A stretch of 64,000 bases of DNA from a virus. Each line of letters opens with the position of its first letter. The first letter of the stretch is position 1. Under the pieces are notes generated by a model. It saw only the letters and a program-made list of their open reading frames with translations. It searched no databases and was not told the DNA's origin. The translations under genes were made by a program, and so were the position numbers. This document shows, in pieces, positions 14,201 to 23,407 of this stretch. The stretch spans positions 35,738 to 99,737 of the IMG/VR virus record IMGVR_UViG_3300044922_000409; one strand, written 5' to 3'.

Positions 14201-17200
14201 ACTAATTGAGCAAACTAACATAGTGTTACGCTCAAATTTAATAGTTGATACTCGTAATATGGCAAACTTGCACAAGTATGATGAACTTCCAAGTGTAACA
14301 CGCGGATTATACGACGACATTATTGATACTGATTTAGAATTACGATTTGCAATTGCAAAGTCGTATATTAAACCAGAAATTACACCAATAATAACAGATA
14401 GTGCAATTACTGGAATTATCGTAGTGTCTCCTGGACGCGGGTATTTAATAGCTCCGTATTTTACAGTTATTGGCAGCGGTACAGGTGCAATTATTAAATC
14501 GGTAATTAATGTAGCTGGTCAAATCATTGGTTGTGAAATTATAAGATCAGGAGTTGGGTATAATAGTACTACTACATTAGATATTAGAGATTATTCATTA
14601 TTAGTTAAAAGTGATTCTGCATCAAATAACGGATGGAGTATATACGCGTATCAATCAGCTACTGAAACATGGAGTAAGACACTATCTCAAACTTATAATA
14701 CTACCCGATATTGGGATTTAATTGATTGGTATGCAGATGGATATACACAATTTACAGCAATTACTCATTCAATTAATACATATGCTGATTTAAATTTGAT
14801 TAGTGTTAAAATTGGAGAACATGTAAAAATAAACACAACAAGTTCAAATCGATGGGTTCTGTTAAAAAAATATGCAAATGTAACATCAGTTGACTGGACA
14901 CTTTCATATAAAGTTATTGGTAGTCAAAACGGTACAATTCAATTTAACTCATTATTATATGATTTTAACGATACAGTAATTGGGTATGATGGATTGTTGT
15001 ATGATTCTGGAGTATTTGATAACGGCGCATCAACCGAGTTACGGATAATTTTAAATTCAATAAAGGACGATTTATTAATTGACGACTTAAAATCACAATA
15101 TTTAAGTTTATTTTTCTCTAGCATTCGATATGCAATGTCTGAACAGACATATATTGATTGGATTTTTAAAACAAGTTTTGTTAATGTGACTCACAAAGTC
15201 GGTAATTTACATCAGTCAGTTACATATCGTAATGATAATTTATCAAATTTTGAGGATTACGTATCAGAAGTAACACCGTATAGAAGTCAAATTAGAGAAT
15301 ATGTAAGTTTATATAATAATATTGATGTAGGTAAATTTGCAGTAACCGATTTTGATATGCCACCTGCAATTATCAATGGTAGTATTGCCCCTGTAGTTGC
15401 GGTAATTAACAGTGATGATGAAATTATAGTATCCTCTGGAAATATAGATAGTTATCCATGGAAAAGTTGGGCCGATACTGTAGGTTTTTCAGTAGTATCA
15501 ATAAAATTATTAGATGGAGGTTCTGGATATGTGTCTGAACCGACTATTAAAATTTCTGGAGCATCCGGTTCAGATGCTCATGCAACTGCATTTATTTTAA
15601 ATGGTAAAGTAAATCGAATTAATTTGATAACATATGGCTCAAAATATTTGTCAATACCGACTATTTCGTTTGAAGGTGGGTTACGTGCAGGCGGAGTTTC
15701 TGCAAGCGCAATTGCAATTTTAGGAAACAGTGTTGTCCGATCTAATCTAGTTGCTGTTAAATTTGATAGAGTTACATCAACATACGATGCAATTACATTA
15801 TCTCATACAGAAACATTTGTTGGAACCGGATCAAAATTGCAATTTCCGTTAATATGGGTTCCGAATGTACAAATTGGGTATTCTAGCGTAACAGTTAATG
15901 GAATTTCGGAATTGCGTGATAACTATACACTTCGAATTGTTACTTCTAATATTAACGGAACTGTAAAGTATTCTGGATCAATAACATTTGTAACAGCACC
16001 ACCTGTTGGATACGAAATTAATGTAACATATATGAAAGACGTGTCGATGTTAACAGCTGCTGATCGTATCCAGTATTTTTATAATTCTCCAGATGGCGGA
16101 TTAGGACATGAACTATCACAGTTAATGACCGGTGTTGAATACGCCGGTGTGATACTTAGCGGAAAAGATGTTAATACTGCAAACGGTTGGGGAAGTGGCG
16201 GTTATTATACTGATAAATGGGATAGTTATAAATCGGTAATTGATGATTACAGTATAACAGTGTCTGCTGATGTGCATGATATTCAAATGCCATATGTACC
16301 AGTAGTTGGTACTATGCTAAATGTATATTATTATCCAGTAAGTATTGCAGATACATTTAATACTGATGGTAGAACGTTAACTTACACCTATTCTAATTAT
16401 GAACAAGTTCCGACTGTTAATTTATATAAGGTTGTATCAACTTCATTAGTAACTGCAGCTTTAAGTGATATAATTTATGTAACTTCGGTATACGGCATTA
16501 ATGTTGGTGATACAGTTACTGATTTTACTAATATCAAATGGACTAAATTATTAAAAGCAACGTCTACTAGTATTGCTAACGGACATTATTATGTAACATT
16601 ATCATCGATTGATCAGTTAACTATCGGTATGCCGTTATTATTCTTAGGTAATGAATTTAGCAATTTGCAAGACGGATATACATATTATGTTAAAACTATC
16701 AGTGCTACTAACCGTATTACAATTAGTGGCACAGTAAGCGGACCTGAAATTGTATTAACTGCTGATACCGGTAGTATGACAGTAGTAGTTGGTGCATTCA
16801 AGTATGATACTACTGTAATTGAAGTTAATAAAATAACTAATGCTGTAACATTATCTCAACCAGTAAGTACTATTATATTAGAAAATACTTCATTAAAATT
16901 TGGTCGAACATTGTCAAAGTATCAAGATTTAGCAAATATCAGTAGAACTAAATTTACATTAATGAAAAAATTACCAATTGGCATGATTATAGAAGTATCG
17001 GGTACAAGAGAAGCTATTAGACTTGATGATGATAATTATGGTAATATAACTACTATACCTAAAAATACTAATGCAATCATGTCACCGTATATTGCAGACG
17101 GTACCGGCGATATGATTATTATACCTACTAATTATGTAGATGTATACGGAAACACTCGTACATTTACTGTTTCAGCAGGTGACAGGTTTGTGATTCGTAA

Positions 17201-18305
17201 ATCAACTAGTAGCGGCTCTGAAGAATTAATTGATATCGATTCTGCTATTTCGGGGGGCACTTTTGCAATTGGCTCAGCTGCTGGGATTGCAGCTGATGAC
17301 ATTATCATCGATGGCGATATGTTAACAAATCAAGACACGCACGCCGGACCTGAAGAAGTAGTACCCGGACAGGTAATTGATGCAGTTGCTATTACTATAT
17401 TTGATACAAACGTATCCGGATCGTACATGCAGTTTAAAGACATGTTAAATCGTACACATTTTAAACGGTTAAACGCATTTAAATATACTACATTAACTAC
17501 AGCTATATCACAAACTAGTACTACTATAACAGTAGCTGATGCAACAACGTTTGATTTACCAAATCCAACAGGTAATAAACCGGGTGTAATTTATGTTAAC
17601 GGTGAACGAATTGAGTTTTTTACAATTACCGGAAATGTATTAGGGCAATTGCGTAGAGGTACATTAGGAACTAGTATTCCTGTAACCCATCCGATAGGTA
17701 CTAATGTACAAGAAATTAGTACCGGCGAATCGATGCCGGTATCTGATCAAATTATTATGGACCAGTATGAATCAGATGGTACTAATTTACTTACTATTGC
17801 AATTTCTCCTACTAAATCAAAAGATATTTGGAAAACATCAATACCTAATGCTGCATCATACGGCCAATGTAACGACATTGATGTATATATTGGCGGATAT
17901 GACGAATCAATATGGGGGTCGTTAGTTTCATATACTGACGGAATGATAGTTAAACACAATAGCTATACATATAGATGTGTCGAAGATCACATTAGCAGTA
18001 GTAGCTTTAGTACAGATATTTCTAAATGGATATTTTTTATTGGTAATATAAAATTAAAAAAATCTCCATACAGTATACATAATAGTAATATTAATGCAAC
18101 AAGTCCCGAGGGTGATATTGCGTTTGATGCTGATTTTTCAGTAGATGGTAAATCTAAGCAAATTCGATTAACTAATGTTTTACCGATTGGAACTCAAGTT
18201 ACTGTTATTAAACGGACAGGAATGTCTTGGAACTTACCAACTACATCTGCAGTTATATCAACGTTCTTAAATGCAGTACCTGGAAGTCAGTATCTTAACA
18301 ATTAA
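5238..18305 (+). CDS. Giant virion structural protein (baseplate/tail-associated, 4355 aa)
   Basis: 13 kb uninterrupted ORF in the baseplate module, with beta-propeller-like blades, CBM5/12-like Trp/Tyr repeats and GxGY-P repeats. Confidence 0.7.
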   Translation: MVNKKITLPRSTATDTSNSDNTANFLPSYYRTDTNKKFLHATINQLTQPGTVKKVNGYIGRLNAKASSSADIFINAPTQVRQNYQLEPGLVITDNIDNTVYLKDYQDYINQLRVNGANVFDHSRLNNQEFYSWDPHIDWDKFVNFQDYYWLPNGPNTISISHAATTDQSVFTVTIDTAGLDSAYVFTPNGFNRNPTITLYRGKTYEFNIHSTDNVFSFKTIRTEGTLNRYITPTLDNNSITSGKIIFTVPYNAPDVLFYVSESNIDLGGTISILDINTSGFIDVATEIIGKQSFQMPNGKLLSNGMCLLFTGEVTPALYATGKFYVEGVGTAIKLIPERDLEIIAPYTTSEMILFDATPFDTTPFSDATTFAGNPDYIVINRSSTDKNQWSRYNKWFHKSVIETSAAINGITATVDQSMRAVRPIIEFDANLKLFNFGTTAITDISIIDRYTTDAFSTIEGSLGHTVDNIPLQHGQRIIFTADTDQLVANNVYRVEFIDVKHTTDGFGVSNSRQIRLVLELKPSENQVVLVQQGTISQGTMFWYNGNTWISAQQKTKLNQPPLFDVVDSNAISFGNGAVYPGTTFKGTSVFSYKVGTGIADSKLGFPLSYKNINNIGDINFNFTLLTDMFQYDQSSNTITKTTDVGYLIKTVNGHVNYVNGWQTSSVSNVQPAVRIYRNSEMTNNFDIDIFDTLPALIDISVRVYINGMRSPASNWVIKTTATSVTVGQVPLTQYQIVFNTPVLLTDCVTIKVYSRTPINTNGFYEIPINLQHNPLNGVLTEFTLGEVIDHVDSIIDNIYTGTSFVGIFPGLSNLRDLGNVTQFGTKFVQHSGPLSLPMYHLTSANNVINAIEKSRDDYCKFKRAFMVLAETLGVDTHPINHVNLILRTLNADVPATAPYYFSDMVPYGAYSKIDVTVRDPESNIFSLSKVFSLSELSTSAVLIYVNDRQLLHGKDYTFSNQGFVIVTALLNVADVVSVYEYSTTDGCLIPETPTKLGIWPKYEPKIFLDTTLLTPSRMIQGHDGSLILAYNDYRDDLILELEKRIYNNIKIKYDPTIFDICDMIPSYARTTDYSLDEFNLVLSANYYQWSTHVKKDFSIPSLPGTRNNPFTFNYSSNFAPDGRPTPGFWRGIYQWVYDTDRPHLCPWEMLGISEEPIWWSTVYGLAPYTSDNLVMWNDISNGLVKEPDQPIVKKTKFVKSFLMNYLPVDSNGRLVSPLTNNIASGTSSSDVQLSFKFGDVSPTEAAWRRHSHYPFSVLKTLLLLKPAMTMGLTLDRNRIVRNLTDQLIYLDTGVRIRLADIKLPSVYLSSTRVQTAGLINYLVNYIDCNELSLYNEYKNNLSKVTAQLCYRVGAFTSKEKFNLLLESKSPSSVGNIFIPPEDYKVIMNTSSPIASLVYSGVTITKVEGGFEVTGYSKTQPYFTYYASYYSGSTITVGGISAVYSVWTPYHYYVVGFVVKYNNSYWQTKISHNSTEYFSIDHFTLLPSIPIVGGSKVEFRTRWESTEIIVPYGTKFSSIQEVTDFLLGYGKWLTDQGFVFDDYNDQLGSVSNWETSAKEFIFWTANNWGVSQQLWDDWVPDMLITFDTIVRYTGDYYRAIRTMQEPVFNETDYELINGLSSNGNSVITLSPAATKLQFKTILSVVDDITNPDYVYEMFNAQGSPIHSNLVNSYRSGNIVSYSTTDINAYIYCASFYLVQKEHVIVMNNATMFNDVVYNPESGYKQDKIKVSGYVSIEWNGSLNVPGFIVDSAIIHEWEIWKDYSVGDIVKHQTFYYSASKFLSGTQKFNDLDWIKLTEKPTAKLLPNWNYKATQFTDFYSLDSDNFDAAQQKMAQHLIGYQKRQYLENIIQDDTSEFKFYQGMIIEKGTTNVLNKLFDVLSLDGQESMEFYEEWAIRTGQYGASSAYNTVEFILDEALIRTNPQGVELVTTTQQLDDRIIRQIPSDVYVKPLGYTPYIWPALSSTSSILRSSGHVRADEVTVTIRSPEELTTLDPSVLPINSYVLCTFENASWNVYQIISSKLSLIAITMIDDTTVEITVNSYINFDVDSYVGIKHNSFNSFYKVVSIGTNNFRINIAGLKIPTNVKTISLVTAKSRRVSSIDNMNYTLADLGTSSLLWADNTLANDQTWATWKHQSVYTRNTVFNQQLIDNLKFGKSVASTADGNLAAITTALGEVMIYDRLGSSKPWTLRQVINKPFISSVTPIADTIATVVAISKDGKWLATGSPTASFATVSMPMTGLNVTDINGLNTEYPGQGVVSIYENTNNMFTLVNTVTSPMPQSHENFGLTLEFSIGASQSLFVGTSRSYSTVYRLQYIETIRAGTLYNPNGSTSTSIQVSTTVDIVPGMRIRGTNIDNIVTDVIDDTTIVLNTPLSADPDGNLIFSTLEWNYCNEVYYNDQPGSNYGKLIRVSADGAILVISAPYGYGVFSSGQVYIYEYDIMLNSYILLTTLSSTSSNSHSIMMEQYGQSITVSNNGEYIAVSTQMNTYTVNSNLQWVQMASIGIVYIYERNGSDYNLYYEPIAASDITSGFGTDIQFTNDYSTLVIYSQNTDNTHRMSIDAGTTTFDAAELDTINTTTITYTLTEFGGIDVYDRYGLSWVISERLTTLSLSEDGYGTSIVATPDSILVSSPFAETRVSQYINLQTGIVYDYVKPTNQYSWTINHYPVAKPDVKKIKQAFLYNRSTNKLIKHLDLVDSLQGKNSSIADQEIKFKSFYDPAVYSSQVDNPTWVNDGLVNIDDGIAWTTNQVGALWWDLRTAKFIDSYTDDVVYRNSTCSTLAFGASIDIYEWVETDLLPSEWDAEADTEAGLAIGISGKSLYGDNAFSYCQRYNKLTQRLINTYYFWVKNKITIPSIPGRNLSANTVSNLIANPRGAGYEYLALTGLNSFSLVNVKSLLHHTDAVLSVEFWNGNTVDQNIHSQWKLISTSPRTTIPANIEQKWFDSLCGKDLGNRVVPDQSLPVKLQYGIENRPRQSMFINQYEALKQLIEQTNIVLRSNLIVDTRNMANLHKYDELPSVTRGLYDDIIDTDLELRFAIAKSYIKPEITPIITDSAITGIIVVSPGRGYLIAPYFTVIGSGTGAIIKSVINVAGQIIGCEIIRSGVGYNSTTTLDIRDYSLLVKSDSASNNGWSIYAYQSATETWSKTLSQTYNTTRYWDLIDWYADGYTQFTAITHSINTYADLNLISVKIGEHVKINTTSSNRWVLLKKYANVTSVDWTLSYKVIGSQNGTIQFNSLLYDFNDTVIGYDGLLYDSGVFDNGASTELRIILNSIKDDLLIDDLKSQYLSLFFSSIRYAMSEQTYIDWIFKTSFVNVTHKVGNLHQSVTYRNDNLSNFEDYVSEVTPYRSQIREYVSLYNNIDVGKFAVTDFDMPPAIINGSIAPVVAVINSDDEIIVSSGNIDSYPWKSWADTVGFSVVSIKLLDGGSGYVSEPTIKISGASGSDAHATAFILNGKVNRINLITYGSKYLSIPTISFEGGLRAGGVSASAIAILGNSVVRSNLVAVKFDRVTSTYDAITLSHTETFVGTGSKLQFPLIWVPNVQIGYSSVTVNGISELRDNYTLRIVTSNINGTVKYSGSITFVTAPPVGYEINVTYMKDVSMLTAADRIQYFYNSPDGGLGHELSQLMTGVEYAGVILSGKDVNTANGWGSGGYYTDKWDSYKSVIDDYSITVSADVHDIQMPYVPVVGTMLNVYYYPVSIADTFNTDGRTLTYTYSNYEQVPTVNLYKVVSTSLVTAALSDIIYVTSVYGINVGDTVTDFTNIKWTKLLKATSTSIANGHYYVTLSSIDQLTIGMPLLFLGNEFSNLQDGYTYYVKTISATNRITISGTVSGPEIVLTADTGSMTVVVGAFKYDTTVIEVNKITNAVTLSQPVSTIILENTSLKFGRTLSKYQDLANISRTKFTLMKKLPIGMIIEVSGTREAIRLDDDNYGNITTIPKNTNAIMSPYIADGTGDMIIIPTNYVDVYGNTRTFTVSAGDRFVIRKSTSSGSEELIDIDSAISGGTFAIGSAAGIAADDIIIDGDMLTNQDTHAGPEEVVPGQVIDAVAITIFDTNVSGSYMQFKDMLNRTHFKRLNAFKYTTLTTAISQTSTTITVADATTFDLPNPTGNKPGVIYVNGERIEFFTITGNVLGQLRRGTLGTSIPVTHPIGTNVQEISTGESMPVSDQIIMDQYESDGTNLLTIAISPTKSKDIWKTSIPNAASYGQCNDIDVYIGGYDESIWGSLVSYTDGMIVKHNSYTYRCVEDHISSSSFSTDISKWIFFIGNIKLKKSPYSIHNSNINATSPEGDIAFDADFSVDGKSKQIRLTNVLPIGTQVTVIKRTGMSWNLPTTSAVISTFLNAVPGSQYLNN

Positions 18306-18327
18306 ACTAACAGTTAATATTACTTGA

Positions 18328-18333
18328 TAAATA
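18328..18333 (+). promoter_or_regulatory. T4-like late promoter core (TAAATA)
   Basis: GATAAATA in the intergenic gap, about 25 nt before the ATG at 18354. Confidence 0.55.
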
Positions 18334-18353
18334 TATGATAAAGAGAGAACACT

Positions 18354-18962
18354 ATGCAGAATAAAGATATAACAGGATTACATATAGAAGGACACATTAA
18401 AATATATGATCCCATTAGTAAAGAAGTATATGTGAATAAACGAAATGCAATTCATTACGAAAATATAAGTATTGCATTAGCAAAAAGTATAGCTGACAGA
18501 GGACAGGGATTTATTTATGAAATGGGGTTCGGTAATGGCGGAACAACCGTTGACCCAACTGGCATTATTACATATTTAACACCTAATAGTTCAGGTTCAA
18601 ATGCAAGTTTGTATAATGAAACATATTTAAAAATTGTAAATGATCGGTCTATTAATAATACTGATCCTACTAGAAATTTTATTGAAACTCGCCATGTTAC
18701 TGGAATGAATTATACTGATGTATTTGTTACATGTTTATTAGATTATACAGAACCAACCGGTCAAGAGGCATTTGACACATCGTCAAGTAACAACGGAACA
18801 TTTGTTTTTGACGAATTAGGATTAAAATCATACAATGCAGACGGCACTAGTATGTTATTAACTCACGTTATTTTTCATCCTGTACAAAAATCATTAAATC
18901 GATTAATACAGATTGATTATACCGTTCGTATACAAAGTTTAACAAGTATAGCAGGAGTATAA
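18354..18962 (+). CDS. Putative tail/baseplate structural protein
   Basis: 202-aa beta-rich ORF (FGNGG, FDELGL, HVIFHPVQK) in the structural operon. Confidence 0.55.
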   Translation: MQNKDITGLHIEGHIKIYDPISKEVYVNKRNAIHYENISIALAKSIADRGQGFIYEMGFGNGGTTVDPTGIITYLTPNSSGSNASLYNETYLKIVNDRSINNTDPTRNFIETRHVTGMNYTDVFVTCLLDYTEPTGQEAFDTSSSNNGTFVFDELGLKSYNADGTSMLLTHVIFHPVQKSLNRLIQIDYTVRIQSLTSIAGV

Positions 18963-18963
18963 T

Positions 18964-20973
18964 ATGGCATATCAAGTTAAATTTACAGAAGCAACTAACT
19001 CAGCTAAGCCGGCAATTGTTGTTGAAGATAAAACAATTAATGCACAAACTGATCTTAACTTTGTTGGACAAAATTATGCAGGGTATGCTCCAATTCTTGC
19101 AGAAAATTTCTTGCATTTGTTGGAAAATTTTGCTAAAAGTACAGCTCCGACTAATCCAGTTGAAGGTCAGATATGGTATGATAATACCACAGGGGAAAAC
19201 ATACTTAAGGTGTTTGATGGCACCACTTGGAATCCTACTGGATCAATAAAAAAAGCAGTAGCTGCACCCGATGTTGCAAATAGTACAAATGGTGATTTAT
19301 GGGTAAATCCTATAACACGACAACTGTATATTTTTTCAGGTATTACCTGGGAATTAATTGGTCCTCAATTTAGTAGTGGTGTAAAAACAGGCCCATTAGT
19401 AGAATTATTTGTTGATACACTAGTTGACGTAACAAATAACCAACCGCATTCAGTAATATCGTTGTATGCAAGTAACGAAAGATTGGCAATTATAAGTGCT
19501 GATTCGTTTATTCCAAAATCGTATACTATTGGATTTGCAACAATTAATCGAGGAATCAATTTATCAACTATTAATAGTAGTGCAACTTCTCTTATTAAGT
19601 TATGGGGAACTGCACGGTCGGCAGATTCATTAGTAGTTGGCAGTGCAGAAGTTAGTGCTTCAAATTTTTTAAGAGCTGATGTTGCATCAACTACTACCGC
19701 TGCATTAAATGTGCAATCTGATAGTGGTATCTCAGTTGGTAGTGATTTAAGTTTTAGTATTAATGCAACTACATCAGTAATTGGGTTAACTGCAAAAAAT
19801 AAAAATATTGGCATTAAAGTGCAGGATAATCAAGGTGTGACTACTGTTATTCATGTTGATACACAGAAACGAGTAGGAATTGGGTCAAATAATACATCAC
19901 CGTTATCTACATTAGATGTAGGAGGAGATGCACTCATTCGTACTAGTTTAACTGTTGGTAGTGTTGACGACGTTGTACCGGGAAGTATTAATTTGTACGG
20001 TAACATGACTGTATTTAAAACATCAACATTTAAAGATATTGCAACTTTTGAAAAACCGATACGTGTTTATAATTTAACCGGCGGAGCAGTTATATTACCG
20101 CAATATACCGTGGATCAGTTAGTAGCAAGTCGTCCTATGTACGACATCGGTTCAGCGGTATTGCCATTTAGAAACATGTATGCTAAGTCATTTGTAGGTG
20201 ATTTAACAGGTAGTGTAACTGGTACGCTTACTGGAAACGTAACAGGTTCAGCATCTTATTTAAAGAATGCAGTTAACATGACGTTAACTGGTGACGTTAC
20301 TACTGCAGCAACACAGTTTAATGGGCAGTCGGATGTTACATTTACAACTACTATTAGTCAAGGATTTATTACCTCAAAAGATCCAGCAGATGCATCGTTT
20401 GATACTGATCAAATATTAACATTTCGTACTAAAACTGGGCTGCAACGTACTACTAAGGCATTATTTTTGCAATCGGTTCCGTCAGTACCAACAGGCGCAA
20501 TTTTACCATTTGCTGGTTCTATAATACCAGCTGGATATTTGTTATGTGACGGTAGCGAAATATTAATTTCGTCATATATTCAATTACATAATACGCTAGG
20601 ATATGCATATCGAGATCCAACATTGTTAGTTGGTGTTGGAACATTTGCATTACCTGATTTGCGAGGTAGATTTCCATTAGGTTGTGATAACATGGACAAC
20701 AAATTAACTATTCTTAATGCTAGTGGTTCTACCGTTAACGCCGGCGGTAATCGAAATGGAACTATAGATAACGCTAGTAATGCAGCAAATCGAGTTCAAA
20801 ATCCAAATTCTAAAAAGACTGGTGCATCTTCAGGTACTGATACATTAGGCATTGCTGCACAAGCTAATGCAACCGGCGATAAAATGCTAGCAAATTCAAA
20901 CGGATCTATGTATTCTATTATGAATCCATATCAAACAATAAATTATATCATATTTACCGGAGTAGTAACCTAA
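18964..20973 (+). CDS. Tail fibre protein with tail-collar domain
   Basis: C-terminal collar motif PTGAILPFAG...GYLLCDG...FALPDLRGRFP. The N-terminal module is shared with the next two genes. Confidence 0.8.
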   Translation: MAYQVKFTEATNSAKPAIVVEDKTINAQTDLNFVGQNYAGYAPILAENFLHLLENFAKSTAPTNPVEGQIWYDNTTGENILKVFDGTTWNPTGSIKKAVAAPDVANSTNGDLWVNPITRQLYIFSGITWELIGPQFSSGVKTGPLVELFVDTLVDVTNNQPHSVISLYASNERLAIISADSFIPKSYTIGFATINRGINLSTINSSATSLIKLWGTARSADSLVVGSAEVSASNFLRADVASTTTAALNVQSDSGISVGSDLSFSINATTSVIGLTAKNKNIGIKVQDNQGVTTVIHVDTQKRVGIGSNNTSPLSTLDVGGDALIRTSLTVGSVDDVVPGSINLYGNMTVFKTSTFKDIATFEKPIRVYNLTGGAVILPQYTVDQLVASRPMYDIGSAVLPFRNMYAKSFVGDLTGSVTGTLTGNVTGSASYLKNAVNMTLTGDVTTAATQFNGQSDVTFTTTISQGFITSKDPADASFDTDQILTFRTKTGLQRTTKALFLQSVPSVPTGAILPFAGSIIPAGYLLCDGSEILISSYIQLHNTLGYAYRDPTLLVGVGTFALPDLRGRFPLGCDNMDNKLTILNASGSTVNAGGNRNGTIDNASNAANRVQNPNSKKTGASSGTDTLGIAAQANATGDKMLANSNGSMYSIMNPYQTINYIIFTGVVT

Positions 20974-21839
20974 TGAGTTATACAATAAACAGAACTGATG
21001 GAACATTATTAACTGAATTAGTAGACGGAACGGTTGATCAAATTTCATCAGATTTAACATTAGTTGGGAAAAATGCAAGTGCATACGGTGCCTATATAAA
21101 TGAAAATTTTGTACAATTATTGGAAAATTTTGCCAACTATAAAGCCCCTGCTAAACCAATTCAAGGTCAATTATGGTTTGATTCTCTTGAAAAACGATTA
21201 AAAGTATTTGATGGTTATACGTTTAAATTGAGTGCCGGCACAATTGTAGCCGATGCAGTGCCTAGCTCGATTGCACAAGGCGACATTTGGATTGATAATA
21301 AAAATAAGCAATTATATTTTAACGATGGCGTATCAACAATTTTAGTTGGGCCAACATCAACTAATGTAACTGGTTATGCGGTAGAGATTGTACTTGACAA
21401 TATCGGAGATCCACATACTATAATGTTATTGCGAATATTAACTTCGTTAGTTGGCATATTTAGTATTGATGCATTTACATTAGGCGATAGTATTGCAGGA
21501 TATGCTAGATCTAATATTGAAATTGGTTTTAATTTTGCTACTGTATCAAATATTACATATGTTAATGATCCGGTTATTGATACCGATGCTGCAAATAAGC
21601 AATATGTTGATAACTCAATTAAAATAGCTCCGCTTGCTATTTCATTAAACACAACATCAATGGTTGATACTCATACTGAAATTCCGGATTTATTATCTAA
21701 AATTTTCCCAGCATCTGAACATGCAGTAATTGACGTAGTTGGACCAATTTGTAGAGTAGTATGTACTAACAATATAGTTGTAACAGTTAAGCAATTTGTA
21801 TTAACTGACAGTGTGTGGACGTGGCAATCTGATTTATGA
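20973..21839 (+). CDS. Short tail-fibre/baseplate protein (paralogous N-terminus)
   Basis: LVGKNASAYG..ENFVQLLENFA..GQLWFD module and a DAANKQYVD fibre motif. Confidence 0.65.
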   Translation: MSYTINRTDGTLLTELVDGTVDQISSDLTLVGKNASAYGAYINENFVQLLENFANYKAPAKPIQGQLWFDSLEKRLKVFDGYTFKLSAGTIVADAVPSSIAQGDIWIDNKNKQLYFNDGVSTILVGPTSTNVTGYAVEIVLDNIGDPHTIMLLRILTSLVGIFSIDAFTLGDSIAGYARSNIEIGFNFATVSNITYVNDPVIDTDAANKQYVDNSIKIAPLAISLNTTSMVDTHTEIPDLLSKIFPASEHAVIDVVGPICRVVCTNNIVVTVKQFVLTDSVWTWQSDL

Positions 21840-21851
21840 TACATAAAAGAA

Positions 21852-21857
21852 TAAATA
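21852..21857 (+). promoter_or_regulatory. T4-like late promoter core (TAAATA)
   Basis: AATAAATA upstream of an AAGGA RBS and the ATG at 21882. Confidence 0.55.
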
Positions 21858-21881
21858 TATTAAAAATAAGGAATATCTAAA

Positions 21882-23393
21882 ATGGCATATGACGTTAGAC
21901 AATATAACGGAGATCCGGCAGCAACAGTTGAAGAAGGTACCATAAATTCTAAGTTTGACATTAGGTTAGTTGGGAAAAACTACGCAGGCTACGGAGAAAC
22001 GCAGAATACAAATTTTATTCATTTATTAGAAAATTTCTCTAATAACACTCCACCTCCTAAAGCTACAACCGGCCAAATTTGGTATAATAGTGCTGATCAA
22101 AAATTACAATTCAATGCAGGCACGATGTCATTAAAAGAATGGCATACAATCGGGTCAGTTGAATCATCTGTGATTGCACCGACTACATTAAAGGTTGGCA
22201 ATTTTTGGTGGGATACTACAAATAGCCATTTATATTGTAGAAGTGCAGTTGGTACTAATATATTCATCGGTGGTGATACTTCAGGAATTATTACACAAAT
22301 GAAGTCACGTACTGTTACTGCAGTTGGCGGAGCAACTCACGAAATAATCGAAGCAATGGTAGATAATACTACTATTTTTATTATTAGTAAAGATGCAGAT
22401 TTTACGTTAAACACAGAATATAATGATATTTCAGGATTTACACATGTATATCCGGGTATCACATTATCTAACATAACAGGAGTTAAATTTAATGGCACTG
22501 TTACTAATTCGGAACAGCTTGGCGGGATCGAAGCAGACAAATATATTAATAATGTTACTCCGGTATTTCCAGTAATTGCAAAATTTGCCGATGCAGGGAT
22601 ATCAATCGGAGCAACTGAAACATTGTTCATTTATAGTGATTTAGGAATTCCTACTATTAATAATGGAGTATCTGAAAAAATAGTATTTAACACAACAACC
22701 CTTGCTGGATCAGCTATTGCAATGGAATTAAACGGTGCTGATATACTACCAGGTACTGTTGATGTTTCTAATTTAGGATCAATTGGTTCACAATTTGATA
22801 CAGTTTATGCATCGACATTTACAGGTAATGCAGCTTCGGCAACTAGTGCAGCAACAGCCGCGCAGGCTGATTCAGTATTAGCAGGAACAACGTATCGTAC
22901 TGCATCAGAAACTATTGCTGCTGGTACTATTGTAGCAAGAACTTCATCTGACTCATTAGTTAACGGTACAAATCTTACTGCAGGATCAATTAATGCAAAT
23001 TATTTTGTAGGTATTGCAACACATGCATTAGCAGCTGATTTAGCAGAAAAGTATGTAGCTGATGCCAAATACGAAACTGGCACAGTGTTAATGATTGGCG
23101 GCGAACAAGAAGTAACTGCTGCGCAAGGTGGATATCGCGCACTAGGTGCAGTATCGGAAAATCCAGCGTATGCAATGAATACGGGATTAGTTGATGGTAC
23201 ATATGTTGCATTAAAAGGCCGAGTACCGGTTAAAGTTATAGGTATAGTTAAAAAAGGTGATCGATTAATTGCTGCAGATACCGGAGTTGCATCGTCGTTG
23301 ACATTGTTAGAACATGCAGGTCTTGTTTTTGCAATTGCACTCGAAGATAACAATGATACGGATATCAAACTGGTTGAAGCAGTTATTTTATAA
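21882..23393 (+). CDS. Tail fibre/spike protein with C-terminal intramolecular chaperone (peptidase G2-like) domain
   Basis: Shared N-terminal module. C-terminus reads ADLAEKY...VSENPAYAMN...VALKGRVPVKV..KGD. Confidence 0.7.
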   Translation: MAYDVRQYNGDPAATVEEGTINSKFDIRLVGKNYAGYGETQNTNFIHLLENFSNNTPPPKATTGQIWYNSADQKLQFNAGTMSLKEWHTIGSVESSVIAPTTLKVGNFWWDTTNSHLYCRSAVGTNIFIGGDTSGIITQMKSRTVTAVGGATHEIIEAMVDNTTIFIISKDADFTLNTEYNDISGFTHVYPGITLSNITGVKFNGTVTNSEQLGGIEADKYINNVTPVFPVIAKFADAGISIGATETLFIYSDLGIPTINNGVSEKIVFNTTTLAGSAIAMELNGADILPGTVDVSNLGSIGSQFDTVYASTFTGNAASATSAATAAQADSVLAGTTYRTASETIAAGTIVARTSSDSLVNGTNLTAGSINANYFVGIATHALAADLAEKYVADAKYETGTVLMIGGEQEVTAAQGGYRALGAVSENPAYAMNTGLVDGTYVALKGRVPVKVIGIVKKGDRLIAADTGVASSLTLLEHAGLVFAIALEDNNDTDIKLVEAVIL

Positions 23394-23407
23394 ACAAAGG
23401 AAACAAT

